A stretch of DNA of 64,000 bases from Verrucomicrobiota bacterium (lineage in GTDB: Bacteria > Verrucomicrobiota > Verrucomicrobiia > Limisphaerales > BJHT01). The stretch covers positions 1,005-65,004 of the forward strand of contig BJHT01000007.1 in NCBI GenBank assembly GCA_014193395.1, written 5' to 3'. The notes under the pieces are model-generated. The model did not search any database, had not been told where the DNA came from, and saw nothing but the letters and a program-made list of their open reading frames with translations. Positions 1 through 8,295 of the stretch are shown one piece after another (position 1 is the first letter of the stretch; each line of letters opens with the position of its first letter). The position numbers and the translations under genes were made by a program.

Positions 1-665
1 ATCAGCCGCACCAGCACGCGCGTGACGATGCCGAACATCCCCTCGCTGCCGATCACCACGCCGCGCAAATCGTAGCCTTCGACATCCTCGCCGCCGTCCG
101 GGCGCGTGCCGAGCCACACGATCTCGCCGTCGGGCAGCACCACTTCCACGCCGAGGACGTGATTGGTGGTGACGCCATATTTCAGCGTGTGCGGGCCGCC
201 GGAGTTCATGCCGACATTGCCGCCGATGGTGCAGGCGGACTGGCTCGAAGGATCGGGCGCGTAGAGCAGCCCGCGCGCTTTCACGGCATTGGTCACCCAC
301 GCGTTCACGCAGCCCGCTTCGAGCAGCGCGCGGCGATTGGCGTAATCAATCTCGAGAATGCGGTTCATCCGCGTCAGCGCGATCATCACGCCGCCGGTCA
401 CCGCGAGCACGCTGCCGCTGAGGCTGGTGCCCGCGCCGCGCGGGATGATCGGGAGCTGCGCCTCGGCGCACAGCTTCACCACGGCGGCGACTTCCGCGGT
501 GGTTTTGGGAAGCGCGACGACGCCGGGAAGCTGCTTCTCCAGCGTGTAGGCATCGCATTCGTACACGAGCAATTCATCGGCCCCGGCGATGACGCCGTCG
601 GCACCGAGCAACGCGCGGAGCCGCTCCACAAAGGCGCGTTCGACAGGTTTGGGGCGGTCAAGCAT
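1..665 (-). CDS. glcD: FAD-linked (PCMH-type) oxidase, glycolate oxidase GlcD-like; N-terminal ~221 codons only, gene continues past the window start
   Basis: Not in the ORF track because it is open to the window edge. Hand translation of the reverse strand from the ATG at 665..663 gives MLDRPKPVERAFVERLRALLGADGVIAGADELLVYECDAYTLEKQLPGVVALPKTTAEVAAVVKLCAEAQLPIIPRGAGTSLSG..., a typical GlcD/FAD-binding-4 N-terminus, with no stop down to position 1. Confidence 0.75.
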   Translation of the reverse strand, partial: MLDRPKPVERAFVERLRALLGADGVIAGADELLVYECDAYTLEKQLPGVVALPKTTAEVAAVVKLCAEAQLPIIPRGAGTSLSGSVLAVTGGVMIALTRMNRILEIDYANRRALLEAGCVNAWVTNAVKARGLLYAPDPSSQSACTIGGNVGMNSGGPHTLKYGVTTNHVLGVEVVLPDGEIVWLGTRPDGGEDVEGYDLRGVVIGSEGMFGIVTRVLVRL

Positions 666-728
666 CGGCGGAAACTAGAGAGCGCGCGGATGGGTGTCGA
701 GCAGGAGCGCGGGTGGGACGTGTGCCCT

Positions 729-820
729 GTAGGAGACGACGTGAGGAGATTCTCACCTCCTTTTTTCCAAGCGCGCTGCTCCCGCGGAAAAGGTCAGAGT
801 CTCCTTACGTCGTCTCCTAC
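729..820. repeat. Palindromic repeat family A, copy 1
   Basis: GTAGGAGACGACGTGAGGAGAttctcac...GTCAGAGTCTCCTTACGTCGTCTCCTAC. The arms are reverse complements. Confidence 0.85.
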
Positions 821-1097
821 AAGCGGCGCGCCGACGCTCGTTGGCGCGGCCCGCAATCTCACCACGGGTGTCGCTACTTGGGATACACCACAGACGACTG
901 ATTAAGCCGCGAAACCCGTCATCCATGAAATTTCGCCCGGCCAAAGCGAAACTTCATGGATGCCGCGCATCCCGCTGCCTGTGAGTCATTTGCCGACCGG
1001 AAGGAAACCGGTTTTGAAGGCAAAGGTTGGGGTCAAAGGGGATTTTTCCGAGTTCCCAGCCTGCTGCTCGACACGCGGCAGGCGACGCGTTTGCCTT

Positions 1098-1188
1098 GTA
1101 GGAGACGACGTGAGGAGACTCTCACCCCCTTTTTTCAACCGCGCTGCTCCCGTGGAAAAAGTCAGAGTCTCCTTACGTCGTCTCCTAC
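1098..1188. repeat. Palindromic repeat family A, copy 2
   Basis: Near-identical to 729..820 (GTAGGAGACGACGTGAGGAGACTCTCAC...GAGTCTCCTTACGTCGTCTCCTAC). Confidence 0.85.
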
Positions 1189-1225
1189 AAGCGGCGCGGC
1201 GGCGCTCACCAACGTGGCTCGCAAC

Positions 1226-2398
1226 TCACCACCGCCCGAGCCGGAACAATTCCAAATCCATGCGGCTGCGGCCAGTGAGCGCGAGGTCGGCGAGCACTTC
1301 GCCGACGGCGCTGGCGAACTTGAAACCGTGCCCGGAACACGGGCTGCCGAGCCACACCTGCGGATGTTCGGGATGCCGGTCGATGAGGAAATGCTGGTCG
1401 GGCGTGTCGGTGTAGAGACAGACGGCGAAGGATCGCACCGCCGGATTCAGGCCGGGCAGATGGCGACGCACGAGCGACTGCATTTTCCGTGTCTCGGCCG
1501 CGCCGAGCGTGCGGTCCACGGCGTCGGGCGAGACGGTCGGGCCTTCGTGATGCACGGCGAGCTTGGAGCCGGTGCCGACATCGGGCAGGCCGTAGAAATG
1601 TTTCCCCGGCTCGTATTCCCAGATGTGAACCGGACAGCGGTCGGGGCGGAAATCCGCGGGATTCGCGAGCGCATCGAACCAGAACAACACCTGCCGCTCG
1701 ACGCGCAACGGGAGGCGCAAGTCCGCCGCAAGCTGCCCGAGCCACGCGCCTGCGGTGATGACCAGCGCCCCGGCGGAATACTCGCCACGCGCCGTCCATA
1801 CGCGCACGCCGTCGCCGTCGGGTGCCCAGCGTTCGACTGGTTCGTTGACGTGCAATTCCGCGCCCCGCGCCGTTGCGCCGCGCAGTTGGGCCTCGACGCA
1901 GCGTTCGGGAAACAGCACGCCCGCGCGCGCTTCCCACACGGCGAGCCAGTCGTCCGGCGGCTGCAACGCCGGGAAGCGGCGGCGCACGTCGGGCGCGGCG
2001 AGGATTTCGTGCGGCAGCCGATGCTGCTCCGCGCTGTGCCGCGCGCCCGCGACGATCTCGCTGTCACGCGGGCCGATCATCAGGCCGCCGGTTGGCACGA
2101 AGAGGCGCGCGCCGGATTCACGTTCGAGTTCCGCCCATAATTCGTAGGCCCGCTGCACGAGCGGCACGTAGAGCGGGCTTTCAAAATAGGCCTCGCGGAT
2201 GATGCGGCTCTCGCCGTGCGTCGAACCTTGCGTGTGCGGCGGACTGAAGCGGTCGAAGCCCAGCACGCGGCAACCGCGCCGCGCCAGTTGCAGCGCCGTC
2301 GCGCTCCCCATCGCGCCGAGGCCGAGGACGATGACATCCCACGGGCGGGAGGTGGGGCGTGGGGTTGGGAGGGAGGTGGCGGGGGATGGAGTTGTCAT
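1226..2398 (-). CDS. FAD-dependent oxidoreductase, monomeric sarcosine oxidase / N-methyltryptophan oxidase (MSOX/SolA) family
   Basis: Track ORF 1226..2473. It has the dinucleotide-binding motif DVIVLGLGAMGSATALQLARRG and the C-terminal GSPCSGHGFKF motif (covalent-FAD Cys region of MSOX-type enzymes). Start moved to the internal Met (MTTPSP...) because the longer N-terminus is encoded by repeat family C. Confidence 0.75.
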   Translation of the reverse strand: MTTPSPATSLPTPRPTSRPWDVIVLGLGAMGSATALQLARRGCRVLGFDRFSPPHTQGSTHGESRIIREAYFESPLYVPLVQRAYELWAELERESGARLFVPTGGLMIGPRDSEIVAGARHSAEQHRLPHEILAAPDVRRRFPALQPPDDWLAVWEARAGVLFPERCVEAQLRGATARGAELHVNEPVERWAPDGDGVRVWTARGEYSAGALVITAGAWLGQLAADLRLPLRVERQVLFWFDALANPADFRPDRCPVHIWEYEPGKHFYGLPDVGTGSKLAVHHEGPTVSPDAVDRTLGAAETRKMQSLVRRHLPGLNPAVRSFAVCLYTDTPDQHFLIDRHPEHPQVWLGSPCSGHGFKFASAVGEVLADLALTGRSRMDLELFRLGRW

Positions 2399-2462
2399 TG
2401 GATTTTGCCAACGGTGGCTTGGGTATTGCGACGACTGGACCGCAGAGAACTCCGCACCGGCA

Positions 2463-2609
2463 GGGGAGCGCACGCGGCCCGCGTGCCGGTTTGGGCGGCC
2501 CGCCCAAACCGCCGTTCCCCAGTCTACCTTTCCTGCCGCCGGAAAAGGTTAGTGGAACGAGGTTTTCGGCGGGCCGCCGAAAACTGCACGCGGCCCGCGT
2601 GCGCTCCCC
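2463..2609. repeat. Palindromic repeat family C (~147 bp), copy 1
   Basis: GGGGAGCGCACGCGGCCCGCGTGCCGGTTTGGGCGGCCCGCCCAAACC...GGTTTTCGGCGGGCCGCCGAAAAC...GCGTGCGCTCCCC. Confidence 0.9.
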
Positions 2610-2703
2610 GGGAGGCGTTGGATTTTCCGAGCGGCATTGGTGTTTCCCCCGATATTTTCCAAAATCGTTGCTCCTGTCGAGCGGGGCAAATACGCTCCGC
2701 GCC

Positions 2704-3873
2704 ATGCAAATACCTGCGCCTTTTTTCCCACCCACCCGCTTATTGATGGGCCCCGGCCCGAGCAATGTTTCGCCCTCCGTACTCGAGGCGATGTCGCGTC
2801 CGCTGGTCGGGCATCTCGATCCCGTGTTCGTGAAGATGATGGAGGAGATCAAGGGGATGCTGCGCGCGGTGTTCCTCACGAAAAATGAAATGACCTTCCC
2901 CGTCAGCGGCACCGGCAGCGCGGGCATGGAGTTTTGCTGCGTGAACCTGATCGAGCCGGGCGACGATGTGGTCATCGGTGTCAACGGCGTGTTCGGCACG
3001 CGCATGGTCGATGTCGCGGAGCGCTGCGGGGCGCGCGTGATCAAGGTCGAGGCGCCGTGGGGCCGCATCATCGAGCCGGCGCAAATCGCCGCCGCGCTCG
3101 CAACGTGCAAACCGAAATTCGTCGCCGTGGTTCACGCCGAGACTTCGACCGGCGCGCTCACGCCCGTGGAGGAAATCTCACGGCTCGCGCACGACGCCGG
3201 CGCACTGATGGTGCTCGACACCGTGACCTCGCTCGCCGGCTGCCCGGTGCGCCTGGACGAGTGGGGCATCGACGCCGTGTACAGCGGCACGCAGAAATGC
3301 CTGAGCTGCCCGCCGGGATTGTCGCCCGTGTCGTTGAGTCCGCGCGCCCTGCAGGTCGCCACCAGCCGCAAAAAGAAAGTCCAGAGCTGGTATCTCGATG
3401 TGAATCTCCTCGCGTCCTACTGGGGCCAGGACCGTGTGTATCACCACACTGCGCCGATCACGATGAACTACGCGCTGCACGAAGCGCTGCGGCTCGTCCT
3501 CGTCGAGGGTTTGGAAAATCGCTGGGCGCGGCATCAGCGGAATCACAAGGCGCTCAAGGCCGGCCTCGCGGCGATGGGCCTCGAGATCGCCTCGCAGGAG
3601 GGTCATCAGCTCTGGCAGCTCAACGCCGTCCGCGTGCCCGAGGGCGTGGATGAAATGGCCACACGCAAACGCCTGCTCACGGATTTCAACATCGAGGTCG
3701 GCGCGGGTCTCGGACCGCTCAAGGGAAAAATCTGGCGCATCGGCTTGATGGGCGAGACGAGCAATCTGGCCAATGTTTGCGCGTGTCTCACGGCCTTCGG
3801 CCAGATTCTCAACGACGCCGGCCGCCGCACCGACACCGAGGCGGCGCTGGCGGCGATGGGGCAGAGCAACTGA
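2704..3873 (+). CDS. Class-V PLP aminotransferase, alanine-glyoxylate / serine-pyruvate aminotransferase family
   Basis: Distal part of track ORF 2359..3873, starting MQIPAPFFPPTRLLMGPGPSNVSP.... It has SGTQKCLSCPPGLSPV (PLP-Lys region) and the overall AGXT-like pattern. The upstream part of the ORF is repeat family C sequence. Confidence 0.8.
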   Translation: MQIPAPFFPPTRLLMGPGPSNVSPSVLEAMSRPLVGHLDPVFVKMMEEIKGMLRAVFLTKNEMTFPVSGTGSAGMEFCCVNLIEPGDDVVIGVNGVFGTRMVDVAERCGARVIKVEAPWGRIIEPAQIAAALATCKPKFVAVVHAETSTGALTPVEEISRLAHDAGALMVLDTVTSLAGCPVRLDEWGIDAVYSGTQKCLSCPPGLSPVSLSPRALQVATSRKKKVQSWYLDVNLLASYWGQDRVYHHTAPITMNYALHEALRLVLVEGLENRWARHQRNHKALKAGLAAMGLEIASQEGHQLWQLNAVRVPEGVDEMATRKRLLTDFNIEVGAGLGPLKGKIWRIGLMGETSNLANVCACLTAFGQILNDAGRRTDTEAALAAMGQSN

Positions 3874-3891
3874 GCGGCAGGGCAAAAACGG

Positions 3892-3997
3892 AAACCACTA
3901 ACCGGCACTAACCGGCGCTAATCGGAAACAAAGCAGGGCCGCATTCATTGGTCCGTTTTTTTCTGATTAGTGCCAGTTAGTGCCGGTTAGTGGTTTG
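3892..3997. repeat. Palindromic repeat family E, copy 1
   Basis: AAACCACTAACCGGCACTAACCGGCGCTAATCGG ... CTGATTAGTGCCAGTTAGTGCCGGTTAGTGGTTT, with a T-run in the loop. Possible bidirectional terminator. Confidence 0.85.
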
Positions 3998-4180
3998 AAC
4001 TTCCGAATCTGCGGACCAAGGTGCAGGCGTAAAATCCTCCGTCAGTTCGCGATTTCTCGCGCCACCTCCGCGGCGCAGTCCGATCTGGTCGGGGTCGTTC
4101 CGGTGGTTCCGCTGCGCTTCACCGCCGGCTAATTTCTCCGATCCCTCCGGGATCGTGGACCGCGATGCGGCGGCCTCGCC

Positions 4181-4317
4181 GTAGCGCAGGTTTCCAAACC
4201 TGCTGTGTCGCCGACTTCGAAGTCGGCGGGGCGTTGGCAAACGAGGGCGCGCGAAAATTTTCCACGCCGCGCAGGTTTGGAAACCTGCGATACAGCAGGC
4301 TTGGAAGCCTGCGGTAC
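4181..4317. repeat. Palindromic element F (GCAGGTTTCCAAACCTGC type)
   Basis: GTAGCGCAGGTTTCCAAACCTGCTGTGTCGCCGACTTCGAAGTCGGCG ... GCAGGTTTGGAAACCTGCGATACAGCAGGCTTGGAAGCCTGCGGTAC. Several local hairpins; single copy in the window. Confidence 0.7.
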
Positions 4318-4340
4318 AGGCCCGCCGCGCACCGCCCGCC

Positions 4341-7300
4341 TCACGCCTTCAGCCGCACCAGCAGGTCTTTGCTTTCCACGGTTTCGCCGAGATTGGCGGC
4401 GACTTCGGCCACCACGCCGTCGCACGGGGCGGAGACGGTGGTCTGCATTTTCATCGCTTCCATCATCAGCAGCTTGTCGCCTTTGGCGACTTTGTGGCCG
4501 ACGCTGACGGCGATGGCGGCGATGAGTCCGGGGATGGGCGCGCCGATCTGGAGCGGATCGTTGAGGTCGGCCTTCTGCCGGCTCTTGGTCTTGGGCGTGA
4601 CGCTGCGGTCCGTGATGAACGTCTCGCGGGTCATGCCGTTCAGCTCGTAAGTGAGCGTGCGGCGACCGTCCTTGTCGGGGTCGCTGACGTTGACGAGGCG
4701 GACGATCAGGGTCTTGCCTTCCTCGATGGGCACGCTGATTTCTTCGCCGCGTTTCAGACCGTAGAAAAACGCGGGTGTCGGGAGGACGCTGACATCGCTG
4801 AACTCGCGCAGGTGCCGCGCGAACTCGGCGAAAACCGGCGGATACATCAGGTGCGAGTAGAGGTCGTCCTCGGTGGCGTCACGCTTGAGTTTCTCAGTGA
4901 GTTCCTTGCGGAGCTTGTCGAGCTGGATGGGCGTGGCGCGGTTGCCGGCGCGGTTTTCACGGAACGCGGCCTGCGCTTCCTTGAAACGTTTTTCGCCGAG
5001 CACGACGCGCTGAACCGGTTCAGGGAAACCGCTGTCCGGCCAACCCAGTCCGCCGCTGAGCATGTCGATGACGCTCTCGGGGAAATCGGTGTTGCCGGGG
5101 TCGAGGTTGACGACGTCGGCGGGCTTGATGCCGCGGCTGAAGAGGAAGAGCGCCATGTCGCCGACGACCTTGCTGCTGGGCGTGACCTTCACGATGTCAC
5201 CGAAGAGCTGGTTGACCTCGGCGTAGGTGCGCGCGATCTCGGGCCAGCGATGCGAAACGCCCATGCTGGCGGCCTGTTCCTTGAGGTTGGTGTACTGACC
5301 GCCCGGCATTTCGTGGAGGAAAACTTCGGCGCTGCCGGTCTTTGGCGCGGTGTCGAACGGCGTGTAGAACTCGCGGACTTTTTCCCAGTAATCGGAAAAT
5401 TCGTTGAGCGCGTCGAGGTCCAGCTTGGTATCGCGCGGCGTGTGCTGCAGCGCGGCGACGACGCTGTTGAGGTTTGGCTGCGACGTGCTGCCGGACATCG
5501 CGGCGATGGCGAGATCGACAATGTCCACGCCCGCCTCGCTCGCCTGGAGGACGCTGGCCGAGTTGATGCCGCTGGTGTCGTGCGTGTGGAAGTGAATGGG
5601 GATGCCCACCTCATCCTTGAGCGCCTTGACGAGCTTCTTCGCCGCGAACGGGCGGCAGATGCCGGCCATGTCTTTGATCGCGAGGAAGTGCGCGCCCATT
5701 TTCTCCAGCTCCTTCGCGAGCTTCACGTAGTAGGCGAGGGAGAATTTGTCGCGGCGCGAATCAAGGATGTTGCCGGTGTAGCAGATGGCGGCCTCGCAAA
5801 TCGCATGGGTCTGGTTCACCGATTCCATCGCGACCTTCAGATTCGGCAGGTAGTTGAGCGAATCGAAGACGCGGAAAATATCCATGCCGGACGCGGCGGC
5901 GTGCTTCACAAAACCGGCGACGACGTTGTCCGGGTAGTTCGAGTAACCGACGGCGTTGGAGCCGCGGAAAAGCATCTGGAAACAGATGTTCGGAATCTTG
6001 GCGCGCAACTGGCGAAGACGTTCCCACGGGTCTTCGTTAAGGAAACGCATCGCGGTGTCGAAGGTCGCGCCGCCCCACATTTCCAGCGAGAACAGGCCGT
6101 GCTTCGCGTCGCCGAGCCGGTGCGCGAGGGCGTCGGCGCACGCGAGCATGTCGGCCGAGCGGACGCGCGTGGCCATGAGCGACTGGTGCGCGTCGCGGAA
6201 GGTGGTGTCGGTAACGAGCAGGCGTTTCTGCTTGAGGGTCCACTCGGCGAAGCCCTTCGCGCCGAGCTTGAGCAGCAGGTCGCGCGTGCCGGCGGGCGGC
6301 GGGGTTTTCTTGTCGTAGGCCGGGGCTTTTGCGGGCGCGAAGGCTTTCTCCGGGCGGTAGCCCTTGGCGTGGGGATTGCCGTTGACGATGACGTTGCCGA
6401 GGAAGTTGAGGAGCTTCGTCGCGCGGTCGCGCCGAGCGTGAAATGAGAAGAGTTCCGGCGTCGTGTCGATGAGCGTCGTGGTGGCCTGGCCGCTCTGGAA
6501 ATCGCGGTGGCGGATGACGTTTTCGAGGAACGGGATGTTGGTCTTGACGCCGCGGATGCGGAACTCGGAGAGCGCGCGGTGCATCCGGTGCATCGCGATT
6601 TCATAGGTCTGTGCGCTGGCGACGACCTTCACGAGCAGCGAGTCGTAGAAGGGCGTGATGACCGCGCCGCCGTAGCCCATGCCGCCATCGAGCCGGATGC
6701 CGAAGCCGCCGGGCGAGCGGTAGGCAAGAATCTTGCCGTAGTCCGGCATGAACTTGTTCTCGGGATCCTCGGTGGTGACGCGGCACTGGATGGCGTAGCC
6801 GTTGCGCGCGATCTGATTTTGCACGGGCATCCCGACTTCCTTGCTGTGCAGCGCGTGGCCTTGCGCGATGAGGATTTGCGCGCGCACGAGGTCGAGGCCG
6901 GTGATGACCTCGGTGACGGTGTGCTCGACCTGGATGCGCGGGTTCATCTCGATGAAGAACCACTCGTGGCGGTCGAGGTCGTAGAGGAACTCGATGGTGC
7001 CGGCGTTGTCGTACTTGATCTCGCGCGCGATGCGGGCGGCGGCGTCGCACAGCTCCTTGATGATGTGCTCGGGCAAACCAAAGCTCGGCGCGACCTCGAC
7101 GACCTTCTGGTGGCGGCGTTGCACCGAGCAATCGCGCTCGTGCAGATGCAGCACGTTGCCGTGCTGATCGCCGAGCACCTGCACCTCGATGTGCTTGGCG
7201 CGCGGGATGTATTTTTCGAGGAACACGGCGGCGTTGCCAAACGCGCGGCCCGCCTCGGCCTGCGCCTCGTCGAGCAACCCCGAGAGATCGCTCTCCTTTT

Positions 7301-7883
7301 TCACCACGCGCATTCCGCGACCGCCGCCACCGAACGCCGCCTTGATGATGAGCGGGAAGCCGATGGCCTTGGCGGCCTTGAGCGCGAGGTCGCGGTCGGC
7401 GATGGGGTCCTTGGTGCCGGGGAGCGTGGGAACATTGAGCCGCTCGGCGAGCGCGCGGGCGGCCGTTTTGTCGCCCATCATGTCGAGCAGGTCGGGCCGC
7501 GGGCCGACGAACGTGATGCCCGCGCGGGCGCAGGCACGAGCGAACTCGGCGTTCTCGGAGAGAAAACCATAGCCCGGGTGAATGAGGTCGATTCCCTTTT
7601 CCTTCGCAACAGCGACGATGCTCTCGATGTCGAGATACGCGGCGACGGGGCCTTTGCCGGTGCCGACAAGATAGGCTTCGTCGGCCTTGAAACGGTGCAT
7701 TCCGAAGCGGTCCTCCTGCGCGAAAATGGCGACGGTGCGGAGACCGAGTTCGGTGGCGGCGCGGAAGATGCGAATGGCGATCTCACTGCGGTTGGCGGCG
7801 AGCAATTTCTTGGGCGCGCTGCTCTTCCGCGAATCGGAAGTGCTCAGATTTGCGGGCGCTAAGCTGGGGCTGGGTTGGCTCAT
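4341..7883 (-). CDS. pyc: Pyruvate carboxylase (single-chain: biotin carboxylase + carboxyltransferase + BCCP)
   Basis: Track ORF 4341..7958 (1205 aa). It has an ATP-grasp biotin carboxylase N-terminus, a central HFHTHDTSG carboxyltransferase motif and the C-terminal biotinylation motif EAMKMQ. Start placed at MSQPSPS (ATG at 7883). Confidence 0.93.
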   Translation of the reverse strand: MSQPSPSLAPANLSTSDSRKSSAPKKLLAANRSEIAIRIFRAATELGLRTVAIFAQEDRFGMHRFKADEAYLVGTGKGPVAAYLDIESIVAVAKEKGIDLIHPGYGFLSENAEFARACARAGITFVGPRPDLLDMMGDKTAARALAERLNVPTLPGTKDPIADRDLALKAAKAIGFPLIIKAAFGGGGRGMRVVKKESDLSGLLDEAQAEAGRAFGNAAVFLEKYIPRAKHIEVQVLGDQHGNVLHLHERDCSVQRRHQKVVEVAPSFGLPEHIIKELCDAAARIAREIKYDNAGTIEFLYDLDRHEWFFIEMNPRIQVEHTVTEVITGLDLVRAQILIAQGHALHSKEVGMPVQNQIARNGYAIQCRVTTEDPENKFMPDYGKILAYRSPGGFGIRLDGGMGYGGAVITPFYDSLLVKVVASAQTYEIAMHRMHRALSEFRIRGVKTNIPFLENVIRHRDFQSGQATTTLIDTTPELFSFHARRDRATKLLNFLGNVIVNGNPHAKGYRPEKAFAPAKAPAYDKKTPPPAGTRDLLLKLGAKGFAEWTLKQKRLLVTDTTFRDAHQSLMATRVRSADMLACADALAHRLGDAKHGLFSLEMWGGATFDTAMRFLNEDPWERLRQLRAKIPNICFQMLFRGSNAVGYSNYPDNVVAGFVKHAAASGMDIFRVFDSLNYLPNLKVAMESVNQTHAICEAAICYTGNILDSRRDKFSLAYYVKLAKELEKMGAHFLAIKDMAGICRPFAAKKLVKALKDEVGIPIHFHTHDTSGINSASVLQASEAGVDIVDLAIAAMSGSTSQPNLNSVVAALQHTPRDTKLDLDALNEFSDYWEKVREFYTPFDTAPKTGSAEVFLHEMPGGQYTNLKEQAASMGVSHRWPEIARTYAEVNQLFGDIVKVTPSSKVVGDMALFLFSRGIKPADVVNLDPGNTDFPESVIDMLSGGLGWPDSGFPEPVQRVVLGEKRFKEAQAAFRENRAGNRATPIQLDKLRKELTEKLKRDATEDDLYSHLMYPPVFAEFARHLREFSDVSVLPTPAFFYGLKRGEEISVPIEEGKTLIVRLVNVSDPDKDGRRTLTYELNGMTRETFITDRSVTPKTKSRQKADLNDPLQIGAPIPGLIAAIAVSVGHKVAKGDKLLMMEAMKMQTTVSAPCDGVVAEVAANLGETVESKDLLVRLKA

Positions 7884-7947
7884 AAAGCGGGCGTGGTTAT
7901 ACGGGGCGCGGCGGGACGGGGTAAAGCTTTGGTTCCGCGATGCGCGG

Positions 7948-7998
7948 AAAAGCTCCAAGGCTAAAGCTCAAAGCTCAAGGGAAGCACCAAGGAACAAG
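7948..7998. repeat. Repeat family D (AAAGCTCAAAGCTCAAGG type), half copy
   Basis: AAAGCTCCAAGGCTAAAGCTCAAAGCTCAAGGGAAGCACCAAGGAACAAGG. No clear partner arm nearby. Confidence 0.7.
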
Positions 7999-8295
7999 GT
8001 GATCAAAGAGCGGTTTGGTGGTGGAGCAGCTCGCAACTGCACTCGCGGCCGGAGTGCGGCCGTCCCCGGCCGCGGCGGCGTTCGCACGCACCAGGGAGCA
8101 GGACGTTTGCCTGCGATTCTTTCCGTTTCACCCGGCGGCACCCGGGAGACCGGATCGCTCCGCAGAAACCTGTGGCCTGCGGCATCGCAGGCGGGTGCCG
8201 GAGCCAATTCCGCCGACATATTCGACATGCACGCCGCTGCACGGAATCCGGGATTCACGGATTGCGATCACCCGGCGTTGGGCTAACGCTCGCAC

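Noticed and set aside
159-2140. Plus-strand ORFs 159..905 and 956..2140 (248 and 394 aa).
   Set aside because: 159..905 is antisense to the glcD-like gene and then runs through repeat family A. 956..2140 begins in repeat sequence and is antisense to the MSOX-like gene. Neither has recognisable motifs.
4494-6446. 650-aa ORF antisense to pyruvate carboxylase. Similar long antisense ORFs lie at 6507..7862, 8389..10290, 14499..16883, 20419..22155, 23235..24857, 37150..38838, 39379..40971, 49880..51249 and 53828..55372.
   Set aside because: Each lies opposite a gene with clear family motifs. Each has the Arg/Ala/Gly/Val-rich, motif-free composition expected from the stop-poor reverse frames of very GC-rich DNA.
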